Shown here piece by piece: positions 15,398-24,202 of a stretch of 43,749 bases of DNA. The stretch comes from a virus (Duplodnaviria; Caudoviricetes): the IMG/VR virus record IMGVR_UViG_3300044708_000031, positions 1 through 43,749 of that record; one strand, written 5' to 3'. The stretch's first letter is position 1. The number at the start of each line of letters is the position of its first letter. A program made the position numbers and the translations under genes. The notes beneath the pieces are model-generated. The model was not told the origin of the DNA. It did not search any database and worked only from the letters and a program-made list of their open reading frames with translations.

Positions 15398-16374
15398 GGC
15401 TTCGGCTTGTTCGTCAGCGCGGGCCCGATCGCGCCCAGCACGCGCCCGATGACGGCGCCGGCCGGGCCGAAGACGCCCGTCGAGGCGATGGCAGCGGCGG
15501 CCGTGAAGGCGAGCGGGACAAGGTTGCCCGCCGTGGTCGGGTCCGTACCCATCCCCAGCGGCGTGCCGAGGTGCCCGGTCGCCATCGCGCCAAAGCTGGT
15601 GAACAGGCCCGCGAGGCTCAGGGCCAAGCCCGTCTTTGGCGGGTTGACCGGCGCGGCGACCTCGACCTTGACCGGCGGCGGCGGCGGCGGAGTCACCGGC
15701 TGCGGCGCGAGGCCGCTGATAAGCTGGCCGAGGATGCCCGCTAGGTCGATGCCCTGCCCCGGCTGCGCGCCTGTGGAGCCCTGTACGCGCGCCGTGAGCA
15801 ATTGCAGGATGATCGGCAGGGCGGCTTGGATGAGCGGTGCCAATTGGTTCGGGTCAATCTTGGGAAGTGGTGCGAGGATTTGGCCGATCTGGGGAGCGGG
15901 GGGCAGCTTCGCGGCAACTGGGCTGCCGGCCGCATGGAAGGCCGCCAGCGCCTTCTTGGCCCACGAAATGCGGTTCGGTAGGTTCGGCACGCCCGGCCGC
16001 TCGAACTGGTTCATGAAGGCTTCGGTGGCCTGCTCGAGCGTGGTCGCCGCCTTGAGCGCCGGGATCGTATGGCTTTCCGGACCGACGAGCTCGCGGAAAA
16101 GCATGGAATAGTTCGCGTCGAAGGTGTCGGGCTGCCAGTTCTTGTCCTCGTTGCGCGCAAGCCATGCCTCGAAGTCCCGGCGGCGCGGGCCGGTCCACTG
16201 ACCGTCGCCAAGCCCGCCGCGGCCCGAGGTCGGGTTGATCTCCTGCGTCTGGGTAAATCCGCCGGATTCGGTGCCGAAGTTGCCGGGGACCGCGGCGGCC
16301 TGAAAATCCTCAAGGCCGAAATCCGCGATCAGCTTCACGATGTACTGGACGGCGCGATCTTCAAAGTGGCCCAT
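15394..16374 (-). CDS. Endolysin: phage-tail-lysozyme-type domain with hydrophobic C-terminus
   Basis: QAAAVPGNFGTESGG...GDGQWTGPRR...NYSMLFREL...ATEAFMNQFERPG; Pro linkers; C-terminal hydrophobic helices. Confidence 0.8.
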   Translation of the reverse strand: MGHFEDRAVQYIVKLIADFGLEDFQAAAVPGNFGTESGGFTQTQEINPTSGRGGLGDGQWTGPRRRDFEAWLARNEDKNWQPDTFDANYSMLFRELVGPESHTIPALKAATTLEQATEAFMNQFERPGVPNLPNRISWAKKALAAFHAAGSPVAAKLPPAPQIGQILAPLPKIDPNQLAPLIQAALPIILQLLTARVQGSTGAQPGQGIDLAGILGQLISGLAPQPVTPPPPPPVKVEVAAPVNPPKTGLALSLAGLFTSFGAMATGHLGTPLGMGTDPTTAGNLVPLAFTAAAAIASTGVFGPAGAVIGRVLGAIGPALTNKPKP

Positions 16375-16635
16375 TTACTTCACCCGCTTGCGGCAGCCGT
16401 CCACACCGGGAGGCGCGACCGTCCACTCCCGGATCAGCCGCTGCATTTCCGAAAGCCGCGTCATCGCTTCGTCGGTGTCGTCCTTCCCCGTCGCAATCGA
16501 GGTCAGCACCTCGGCCAAGGGGTTGATCTGCACGAATATCTTGGGCTGGAGCGATGGCCGGGACAGGCATTCGGCCTGCGCGGGGGCGGACAGGCAAAGC
16601 GCGGCGATTACCGCGCCGGTAAGGCGTAGGGGCAT
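16375..16635 (-). CDS. Small secreted protein
   Basis: GAGGA RBS; signal peptide MPLRLTGAVIAALCLSAPAQA. Confidence 0.6.
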   Translation of the reverse strand: MPLRLTGAVIAALCLSAPAQAECLSRPSLQPKIFVQINPLAEVLTSIATGKDDTDEAMTRLSEMQRLIREWTVAPPGVDGCRKRVK

Positions 16636-16654
16636 GTATTCCTCGCTGAAGGGG

Positions 16655-16686
16655 AGTTGACGGCGATTCTCAACTGACGCTAGATT
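16655..16686 (+). promoter_or_regulatory. Sigma70-type promoter for the antisense gene at 16693
   Basis: TTGACG (16657-16662), N18, TAGATT (16681-16686); inverted repeat AGTTGA-N9-TCAACT (16655-16675). Confidence 0.55.
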
Positions 16687-16692
16687 CCGCGG

Positions 16693-16944
16693 ATGCAACA
16701 GCATCCGATTGAAACCGCTCCGCGAAGCCCGCTGGATTTCCTTGGGCACGGGCCTTCGGTTCTACTGTTACGCAATCCCGGCGATCTTGAGCCTGTCGAG
16801 GGCTGGTGGTCTGAGCGAAAGGGCTGGCGGAACGGTCGAGGGCGGTTGCCATTCGATCCCAAGTTCTGGTGCCACATCCCGGCCCCGTCCAACGCACTGG
16901 ATACGATGCAGACCGAGAGGCTTGCCAAGGTGCGATACGGCTAA
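16693..16944 (+). CDS. DUF551-like protein, opposite strand inside the late region (moron)
   Basis: HPIETAP...VLL...GWW...W...PKFWCHIPAP pattern. Confidence 0.7.
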   Translation: MQQHPIETAPRSPLDFLGHGPSVLLLRNPGDLEPVEGWWSERKGWRNGRGRLPFDPKFWCHIPAPSNALDTMQTERLAKVRYG

Positions 16945-18062
16945 AGCCTGCCGTTCGCGTCAATATAGGCGGCGGCCGAGTTGAAACCGACTGCGGTACA
17001 GTCCCCCGCAGCAAGCCCCGAGCTTCCGGTCGGCGCCGCAATCACATGATACGGGCCGCCGCCTCCGACACTCAGCCCGGTCGCCGTGAAGGCATTGAAC
17101 GCGCCGCCTCCAGACGTGAGTGCCGACAAATGCCCGGCATTGGACGCGCTGACCGTTGGCGTCCGCATGTTCAGGGGCAGGTCGAACAGCTTACCGGCTG
17201 CCGCGCTCGACGAATAGGCTTGCAGGTTGGCGAGGTAATCCTGCGTCCCGCCCGAATTCTTCCGATAGAAATAACGCTGGCAAAGCATCAGCTCCAGCGA
17301 ATACGGCCGGAACGCAATCGGGGTCGTGCTCGATGCGATTTCAAGCTGGACTCTGCCTACGTCCATCGTGGCGTTTTGCACCATCGTTCCTTCACTCCAC
17401 AGAAACACCGCGATATTGTTTGCGGCGGTACTGATCGCGGCCGTGATCGAGACGGTGCCGAACACCCCGGAATCGGCAGCGGTGAGCGAACCGCTGACGC
17501 CGGCAATCGTGGTTGTGGTCGAGTTGAAGAAGGCCGTTACGATATAGCTCGATGAGGTCCAGTCGTTCACCACGTCCTTGGTGATCGAGTCCGCCGTCCC
17601 GGTCCATTCCACGATTGCGATGCGAAGATGCGGCGCGGTCGAAAGACGAACCCGAGCCGATAGCGTGACGGTCTGCCCGCGCAAGTCGATGCAGTTTGCG
17701 CGCTCGATCCACTGTATCAGCCCCATGCGCTGCGCAACCGCCTGGCTCTGGGTGAGCCGGAGCATGTACGGCGTGCCGCTTTCCGGATTGACCAGTTGCG
17801 AGTCTGCGACCGTCCCGGTTTGCGTGAGCACGATCCACTGATCCATGCTCGAATACCCGCCATCGGCGACGGTCCCGGCCGCGGTCTGCTGCACCTGGCC
17901 GGATGGATTGATAACCCGATTGCGAATGCCGAGCGCGCCATCGACAATGATGACCTTGCCGGAATTGGTAAGCCCGGTCGAAAGCGTGTAATCGCCAGTG
18001 CCGCCAGCGATCGTAACCGGCCGCGTGACACGGCCAAAGCGGCCCGGAAGGCGCCAAAGCAT
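16941..18062 (-). CDS. Tail fibre / receptor-binding protein with carbohydrate-binding-like domain
   Basis: RNRVINPSGQVQQ...MDQW...LRGQTVTLSARVR...VQLEIASSTTPIAFRPYSLELMLCQRYF. Confidence 0.75.
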   Translation of the reverse strand: MLWRLPGRFGRVTRPVTIAGGTGDYTLSTGLTNSGKVIIVDGALGIRNRVINPSGQVQQTAAGTVADGGYSSMDQWIVLTQTGTVADSQLVNPESGTPYMLRLTQSQAVAQRMGLIQWIERANCIDLRGQTVTLSARVRLSTAPHLRIAIVEWTGTADSITKDVVNDWTSSSYIVTAFFNSTTTTIAGVSGSLTAADSGVFGTVSITAAISTAANNIAVFLWSEGTMVQNATMDVGRVQLEIASSTTPIAFRPYSLELMLCQRYFYRKNSGGTQDYLANLQAYSSSAAAGKLFDLPLNMRTPTVSASNAGHLSALTSGGGAFNAFTATGLSVGGGGPYHVIAAPTGSSGLAAGDCTAVGFNSAAAYIDANGRL

Positions 18063-18063
18063 G

Positions 18064-18411
18064 TTAGGTGATCCTGTTGATGAAGCCGGACATGGTGAGC
18101 ACGTTGCCGGTCGCGGCAAACACAGTCACGACAAGCGAATTGCAGAGGATGAGGCCGGGAATGGCACAAATCGTTTCGCTCGCCGGCACCGTGAATTTCA
18201 GCAGGTTGTCCGGCGATGTCGTGCCGCCGAATTCCACCGTTGCGATCACATCGGATGTGCTGGTGTTCGAAAGATACATGTGCACTTCATCGAGCACCGA
18301 TGTTCCGGAGCCCGTGGTGTGGAACGTCGTTCCGGTCGAAGCCGTGGCCACAACCTTGATCGGCTTGCCGTTGGTCGAGCCTGACGGGACGATCTTTGCA
18401 ATTGAAGTCAT
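18064..18411 (-). CDS. Small beta-rich virion protein
   Basis: Thr/Gly/Val-rich; ends ISGFINRI-type motif; within the fibre cluster. Confidence 0.65.
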   Translation of the reverse strand: MTSIAKIVPSGSTNGKPIKVVATASTGTTFHTTGSGTSVLDEVHMYLSNTSTSDVIATVEFGGTTSPDNLLKFTVPASETICAIPGLILCNSLVVTVFAATGNVLTMSGFINRIT

Positions 18412-18420
18412 GTCGATTCC

Positions 18421-18738
18421 CTAGCTGAAGACTTGCACTTTGAGCACGATCTGATCGTCGGAGATTCCAGCAATGGCAGCAGTCACCGCAGCGCTCGCTG
18501 CCGCAGCGCTCGCAGCAGCAGCCGCAGCACTTGCCGCCGCAGCGTTTGCCGTCGTGGTGGCTGCCGCAGCACTTGCAGCCGCAGCATCCGCACTCGCCGC
18601 CGCGGCAATCGAGTCTGATTCCGTGACCGCGATGGTGTAGACGCCGCCCGACTGGCTGACGCTGATGCCGTTCCCGGGAAGAACCTGGGCCGGGAATTTC
18701 GGAATGGTCCGGATGCGAATGTTGGTGCGCGCGGTCAT
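18421..18738 (-). CDS. Ala-rich fibre/stalk protein
   Basis: GGAGG RBS; AAAASA repeats. Confidence 0.65.
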   Translation of the reverse strand: MTARTNIRIRTIPKFPAQVLPGNGISVSQSGGVYTIAVTESDSIAAAASADAAAASAAAATTTANAAAASAAAAAASAAAASAAVTAAIAGISDDQIVLKVQVFS

Positions 18739-19088
18739 GTCGGCCCTCCGTCTAGAACCGGCAGACTGCCGAGGATGAGGTCTTTGGTTGCCCCGCCGTT
18801 CACCATCGAGAGCCGCACGCGGTAGGTTTTCGACCCGGTAAGGCCGTTCATGGTGGATGCCCCGAAGTGAACCGACATCACGCCGCCGGTTATGTCGTCG
18901 ATGGTGATCCCGCTGCCGATCGATCCCGACAGAACGGTTGTGCGCCGGTCGTCGTCCCAGAGCGTTATTGTAACGGCCGTAACGGCAGTCAAATCGAGCG
19001 GATCGCCGGTATCGTCGTCGTAAAGCTCGAACGTGTCGTCCCAATCCTCTTGATTTGAGACCGGCAAAAGCGTGTTCTCTTGGGACAT
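18735..19088 (-). CDS. Virion adaptor-like beta protein (BppU-N-like)
   Basis: FELYDDDTGDPLDLT...GITIDDITGG...TYRVRL...LILGSLPVLDG. Confidence 0.6.
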   Translation of the reverse strand: MSQENTLLPVSNQEDWDDTFELYDDDTGDPLDLTAVTAVTITLWDDDRRTTVLSGSIGSGITIDDITGGVMSVHFGASTMNGLTGSKTYRVRLSMVNGGATKDLILGSLPVLDGGPT

Positions 19089-19097
19089 TTCGGAGGC

Positions 19098-20231
19098 CTA
19101 GAGCTTGATGAACCAAGTGCCGAGCAATGCGCCAGCAAGGTTGTTGTGCGCGGAGCCGGAACCGTTGGCGTCTGCTGTTCCGGAGAGAGAATGGGTATGC
19201 AAGCTTTCGTTCGCGGTTGAGCCTGTGACGCTGTGCGTGTGAGCGCTATCCTGGCTGACCGTAACGTTGTGGGTGTGATCCTGACTCTGAGCGCCGGACG
19301 ACCCTATGGTCAAAGCATTGACGCCTGTGACCCCGCCCGCCGCAAATGTGTTGGTGGTGCCACCGGTCACGACGCTGCCGTGCGTATGGCCTTGGCTAAC
19401 CGTTGTGCTCGTGCCCGTCATCGTGAACGCGGAGTTATTTCCGGTCGCGAGTGTGCCAACACCATGAGAGTGTGCCGACCCCGCGCTGGTGGCGCCGCCG
19501 GAAAGCGCGTGCGTGTGCGATGACAATTGCGCGGTTGTCAGCACATGATGGTTTTGTCCGCCAAGTGACCCCGCCGTCGTCGCGTCGCCAACCGTGAACG
19601 GCACCGAGGCATCAAACCGGGACGCCGCCGAATTGCCCATCGTGTCGAGGCCGAAGGGATGCCGGCCACGCAAGTCCGGCAGTGTCAGCGTCTTGTTCGC
19701 CGCAAAGTCGGCGGCGGCATTCGAGCCTCGGCCGCCACTCACTGGCGCTGCGGAATTGCTCAGCGCGTTGTAAAGGTACGTATAGAGCGCGAGCGTATCG
19801 GCATTCGCGCGTTCATTCGCAACCGATGCCGCAGACCCGATGGTGCGGCCGTTGGCTCGCACATAGCCGGTGCGCGTGCTGTCGATCGGCTCGAAGACGA
19901 ATTGCCCGGTTTGCAGCAACGTCGTACTATCGACGTTGAGATCGGCGGTGAATGGCGCTGCGTTCGGAATGCCGTCCGTATCCCAGATCGTGACATCGCC
20001 GGAGGTCCGTACCCGCTCGCGATAGTCGTTGTAATCGAGGAATATGGCGGGCGCCCGGCCGTACCCGTCACAGACAACGGGATGAGTTCGGGGAGTGGTC
20101 AGCGCCGCATCGGAATAGGTCGTTCGCGGCGTGGTCGTGCCGCTTTCGAAGAAATACAGCTTCGCACCCGTCGCGCGGACGCCCGCGGCGTTGAATATCG
20201 TGCTATTGCTGTGCGGCCAGAGGATGCCCAT
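19098..20231 (-). CDS. Tail fibre with attachment N-terminus, tail-collar domain and HxH metal-binding tip
   Basis: GAKLYFFESGTTTP...HPVVCDGYGRAPAIFL; GYVRANG...LPDLRGR; repeated SHTH/AHSH/GHTH/DHTH/AHTH/LHTH. Confidence 0.85.
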   Translation of the reverse strand: MGILWPHSNSTIFNAAGVRATGAKLYFFESGTTTPRTTYSDAALTTPRTHPVVCDGYGRAPAIFLDYNDYRERVRTSGDVTIWDTDGIPNAAPFTADLNVDSTTLLQTGQFVFEPIDSTRTGYVRANGRTIGSAASVANERANADTLALYTYLYNALSNSAAPVSGGRGSNAAADFAANKTLTLPDLRGRHPFGLDTMGNSAASRFDASVPFTVGDATTAGSLGGQNHHVLTTAQLSSHTHALSGGATSAGSAHSHGVGTLATGNNSAFTMTGTSTTVSQGHTHGSVVTGGTTNTFAAGGVTGVNALTIGSSGAQSQDHTHNVTVSQDSAHTHSVTGSTANESLHTHSLSGTADANGSGSAHNNLAGALLGTWFIKL

Positions 20232-20240
20232 GGATACCTC

Positions 20241-20268
20241 AAAGAAAAAGGCGACCCTGAGGGCCGCC
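20241..20268 (-). terminator. Intrinsic terminator after the ejection genes
   Basis: - strand GGCGGCCC-TCA-GGGTCGCC-TTTTTCTTT. Confidence 0.7.
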
Positions 20269-20295
20269 CTGTTGGTCTATTTCGTGACGGTGATA

Positions 20296-23079
20296 CTACT
20301 GGCCTGGTGGCCGTTGAACGTCTTGCTGGTTCTGATCGGCGCGGCCTATTGCGCCCGCCTCTATCGGGACCAATCCCCGGCCCTGCTGAGCGCCGCCGCT
20401 GGCAATGGCACGGTCGAAGCTGCGCAGCGCGTCCATCATGCCTTGGCTGCGAGAGACGATATTGATCCCTTTGCGCAAGACGCTCGTATCGTTCGAAGCC
20501 AGCATTTCGCCGACCTTGCGGGCGACGCGCTGGTCAACCGCTCGACTGCCGCGCGCCGCGCCCCACATAAGAGCCGCTACGGTCATTGATGCTGGGTCCT
20601 GATTGAAGGCGCCCAAGCCGCCAATGCCGTAAGCTCCGCCGGCCATCCCCATTTCCGCTAACTGCCGCGCCGTGGTGGAGTTGCCCATAGCTCCGCGCGC
20701 CAGATCCATGACGCCTTCGGTTCGCATCATGGCCTCAAACTCGCGAGAGCCCTGCTGCCCCATCGCAAGCTCCATTTGCTGGCGCGCACGAGGGGATTGA
20801 GCAATTGAATTGAGAACGTTGCGACGGTCGCCTGTGCTCTCGATCTTCTGTGTCAGGCTCTGGATGAAGCTTTCGCGGAAAAGTTGCCGTTCCGGCGGCG
20901 ACATTTGAGCGTAGGCACGACGGGCATCGGCAATAGGGACGTTCGAAGAGAGGAATTTTTCGCCCGCCTCTGAAGCATCTTGCGCCCCAAAGAACCGTGC
21001 AGCGCCCGCGCGGGCCTGCTGGTAACTCGGGACAAGGCTATCAAGCTCTCCGTTGAGCTTGCCGGCCAGTTGCTTCAGCGTACCGGCCTCTTCGGTCGCG
21101 CCCTTTCGTTCCGCCTGTTTCGCGGCATCGGACAGCGCGCGGCGCGTATAATCCCAGAACTGAAGATTAGGGTATGTCGGCTGACCGTTCTTGCCGCGCG
21201 TGAATTCAACGACGCCGGACGGGCTGACCTGTACCGAGGAATTGAACCCGCCGAAGCCATCAACAATCGCGCGGCTCTTGCCCTTTTCCGCCGCCGCCTT
21301 CATCGCCTCCACAACATCGGGGCTTCCGACGAGCCGTTGCAGTTCATTCGACCAAAGCGGCTTGTCGCCTTCCTGATAGGCTTTGGCATAGGCCGGCTTG
21401 TTCGCCTGCCGCGCTGCATCCTGCAGCGCCTCGCGTGTCGCGCCGGTATCGGATGGCCCGAAAGTCTTATTGAGCCAACCCGTTACTCGGTCGCTTTGGC
21501 TTTCGAAACGATCGTTGATCGTGCTCCCGAGCGCCGCTCGCGCCTCGGGCGAGGTATTCGCCGCCGAGCGCGCCAGCGCGCGAGTGGTTTCGCCGCCAAG
21601 GTCCATAACCGCCGCGGGGCCGCCGGCATTGACTGAGGCGGCGTATTCCGGCGCGGTCAGGCCCGGAGGTCCGCCAGCCGTCTTCACGTCACGCTGGAGC
21701 GCCCCAACGACGCGCCGCGCCGCTTCGGCTTCTGGGTCGGAGATACCTCGTATTGTCTGCGCAACGGCTTGAAACGGCTTGGAAGCGAGCCGCGCGGCTT
21801 GCGCCACGCCTTCCACCACAGGTGCGCCAGCGCCGCCCAGAACCGCGCCCGTAACGCCGCCCGTGGCCGCGCCGGTTGCGCGCGACGCCAAATCTGTGCC
21901 CTCGCCGGCCCCGCCAATAGCCCCCGTAATGCCGCCGATCCTCACTCCTTGTGCGATCCTGGCAGGGAGCGTTGCGGCGCCCGCGCCACCTCCAATCGGA
22001 GCCGTGGCAAGCGCGCCAGCGAGCTCGCCTCCGACCGATGCCGCAGGCTGAAACTGCCGCTGGTCTGCCGTGTCCGAACGGTCCTGACTTGTCGCCACGC
22101 GCTGCGCCGCCTGCGCTTCCGGGTCGCCGGACAGCAGCCGATAGACGCCCTTGACGAAGGCCGCGCCCTGTGGCGCATGCTGGATCAGCGATGCGACCGG
22201 GTTTGATGCGTCCATCAAAAGCCGCCGGGCCGCCGTCACCACGTCGGGGTTTTCGGGATTAAGCCCGCCGGCCGCCAGAACACCTTTGATTTCGTCGCTG
22301 AAGTTGAAGGACCGCCCGCGATCAAACCCTCCCATTGCGGCCTGCGCAGCCGTTGGCGTGGGTGGCGCGATACCCTCCCGCGCCGTCCGGAAATTGCCGC
22401 CAGCCGGGGGCGCGCCGAACTGCCCGCCATTGTCCGCAGGGAGTCCGCCGGGAGGCTGTTGCTGGGCCTGCTGTTGTGGGACCAGATCGTCAAATAAACC
22501 GCTGGGGCGCTTCGCCTGTGCGCTGACTTCGGTCGGCGCCGCACGGTCGAAGCGCTGCGCAAACGATCCTGTCGCCCGGTTCGGCTCGATCCCGCCCGGA
22601 AGCGAAGTCCATGTCCCGGATAGCATCTTGCCGATTCCGGCGATTGCGTTCGGGTTGCCCCTGGCGCTTTCGAGGTCTTTCGCCAGATCGCGCCCGGTCT
22701 TTTGCTGATAGGTCTTGTTCGCCAGATGCCAAGCACCGCGGTCCTGACTGTCGGGTGAGAAGTCGGGCAAGCCCGCCTCTTTCTTCACCTCATCCCAAGT
22801 CGAGCCGAGAAACTGATACCGGCCGGCCGCGGATGAAGTCTTGCCCGCGTTCGGGCCGGTCGTGATCGGGATGGCCTGCCGGGGATGATCGCCAAAGTCA
22901 GAGAACTCGCCGCCGCCGTACAGCTTATTGTAGCCGGAGCTTTCGCTGCCCGCGATGGTGTCGAGCAATTGGCGACCTACAGCCGGAACGTCGCGCGGCG
23001 TAACCGTAAGGCGCGGGACGTTCGGGTTGCCCCCGTCAGCATTTCCAGCCGCCGGGATGAGGTCGTCAAACAGGCCCAT
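20296..23079 (-). CDS. Large ejection (DNA transfer) protein with N-terminal lambda-R-type lytic transglycosylase
   Basis: LLDTIAGSES...YNKLYGG..FSDFGDHP...SSAAGRYQFLGSTW...DFSPDSQDRGA...TWTSLPG; Gly/Ala hydrophobic segment; P22 gp16 position. Confidence 0.85.
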   Translation of the reverse strand: MGLFDDLIPAAGNADGGNPNVPRLTVTPRDVPAVGRQLLDTIAGSESSGYNKLYGGGEFSDFGDHPRQAIPITTGPNAGKTSSAAGRYQFLGSTWDEVKKEAGLPDFSPDSQDRGAWHLANKTYQQKTGRDLAKDLESARGNPNAIAGIGKMLSGTWTSLPGGIEPNRATGSFAQRFDRAAPTEVSAQAKRPSGLFDDLVPQQQAQQQPPGGLPADNGGQFGAPPAGGNFRTAREGIAPPTPTAAQAAMGGFDRGRSFNFSDEIKGVLAAGGLNPENPDVVTAARRLLMDASNPVASLIQHAPQGAAFVKGVYRLLSGDPEAQAAQRVATSQDRSDTADQRQFQPAASVGGELAGALATAPIGGGAGAATLPARIAQGVRIGGITGAIGGAGEGTDLASRATGAATGGVTGAVLGGAGAPVVEGVAQAARLASKPFQAVAQTIRGISDPEAEAARRVVGALQRDVKTAGGPPGLTAPEYAASVNAGGPAAVMDLGGETTRALARSAANTSPEARAALGSTINDRFESQSDRVTGWLNKTFGPSDTGATREALQDAARQANKPAYAKAYQEGDKPLWSNELQRLVGSPDVVEAMKAAAEKGKSRAIVDGFGGFNSSVQVSPSGVVEFTRGKNGQPTYPNLQFWDYTRRALSDAAKQAERKGATEEAGTLKQLAGKLNGELDSLVPSYQQARAGAARFFGAQDASEAGEKFLSSNVPIADARRAYAQMSPPERQLFRESFIQSLTQKIESTGDRRNVLNSIAQSPRARQQMELAMGQQGSREFEAMMRTEGVMDLARGAMGNSTTARQLAEMGMAGGAYGIGGLGAFNQDPASMTVAALMWGAARGSRAVDQRVARKVGEMLASNDTSVLRKGINIVSRSQGMMDALRSFDRAIASGGAQQGRGLVPIEAGAIGRADQNQQDVQRPPGQ

Positions 23080-23080
23080 G

Positions 23081-24199
23081 TCAGTAAATCGCGCCTGCGG
23101 TCGGGCTTGGGGCTGGCGCGGTGAGCCCCGAAGGATCGATGCCGACCGCCTTCAGGCGTTGAATGACCTGATCTCGAGCCGCGGGGTTCTTGGCGATGAC
23201 CGCCTGCGCCTCGGCCAATGTCTGCTGCTGATTGGCGCGAGCCGCCGCGATGGTCTCCCTGCTTTTCCATGCGTTCGGGTCGGCCTGCGTCTGTGGGCCG
23301 GGCGTGGACGGAGCGGCGCCTGGCTGCGGACCACGTTGCGATTCCGGCAGAAGATACTTCCCTGAACGCATATCGTCGGCGATTTTTTGATTGAACGCCG
23401 TGCGCGCCTCGGCAGCCTGCATTGCGTTTTCATAGATCGTCTTGCGCACAGCGGGCGATTGCGACGCGGCGCCTTGCACCTGAAGCAAGATTTTCCGTTC
23501 ACCCTCTGTCGGGTTACCGCCGAACGTCGCGCGCAAATTGTCGAGCGCCTGATTGGTGACGACGTTTGTAAGTTCTTGCGTGGCCTCGCCGCCATGCATG
23601 CCGAATTGCGACCCGATATAGCCCCGCCCTTCGGCAAACGGTCCGCTATATGCCTGATCGTTCAAAGCAAGCGCGCGCTGCAGGCTCTTCTTGACCAACG
23701 CCCCGGCCTGCACGTTCTTGTCGGCTTCCAGCAGCGCCTTGTCGTCGATGTTGGCAAGCTGTTTGGTGCGCGTCTCGCGGTAAATCTTCGGGTCTACACC
23801 TGGAGGCAAATTCGGGTCGGGCGGCGGCATGCCCTGAATTTGCGGAATGGTATAGCCGGTTGGCCCCTTCTGGACCGTGACTTTTTCTCCGCCCGGAGTG
23901 GTGATGTCGGTCGTTTTGGGCGCGAACTGTTCCGCAACCTTCGCCTTCGCCGTCTCGGATTGCGTGATGTATTCCGGCGAGGTCAGGTATTGCTGCTGCG
24001 CCAGCTTCGCGAGCGAAAGCCCGCCCTCGGTATCGCCGGCCGCAAGAAGGGCCTTGGATGCCGCGCCAAAGTCGAGCGGGCCGCTACCCTGCCCGAGTTG
24101 GCCCAGCACCTGATCGCGCGTCGCCTGCTGTCTGGCCCTCTGGTAAACGTTGCCCAGATCGCCAAGCGGCGAAAAGTCGATTTGAGGCACGCCGCCCAT
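23081..24199 (-). CDS. Ejection protein (P22 gp20 position)
   Basis: Gln/Ala-rich; LRATFGGNPTEGERKILLQ; synteny. Confidence 0.75.
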   Translation of the reverse strand: MGGVPQIDFSPLGDLGNVYQRARQQATRDQVLGQLGQGSGPLDFGAASKALLAAGDTEGGLSLAKLAQQQYLTSPEYITQSETAKAKVAEQFAPKTTDITTPGGEKVTVQKGPTGYTIPQIQGMPPPDPNLPPGVDPKIYRETRTKQLANIDDKALLEADKNVQAGALVKKSLQRALALNDQAYSGPFAEGRGYIGSQFGMHGGEATQELTNVVTNQALDNLRATFGGNPTEGERKILLQVQGAASQSPAVRKTIYENAMQAAEARTAFNQKIADDMRSGKYLLPESQRGPQPGAAPSTPGPQTQADPNAWKSRETIAAARANQQQTLAEAQAVIAKNPAARDQVIQRLKAVGIDPSGLTAPAPSPTAGAIY

Positions 24200-24202
24200 T
24201 GC

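Noticed and set aside
18480-18605. GCCGCAGC repeats as a CRISPR or DNA repeat element
   Set aside because: They are codons of the Ala-rich stalk protein, with no spacer structure. No CRISPR array or cas gene was seen in the window.
20131-20589. + strand hydrophobic ORF as a SieA-like superinfection exclusion gene (P22 sieA position)
   Set aside because: It overlaps the ejection gene antisense and a terminator, has no clear RBS or promoter, and its hydrophobicity is largely the antisense of Gln/Asn/Asp codons. Not fully excluded.
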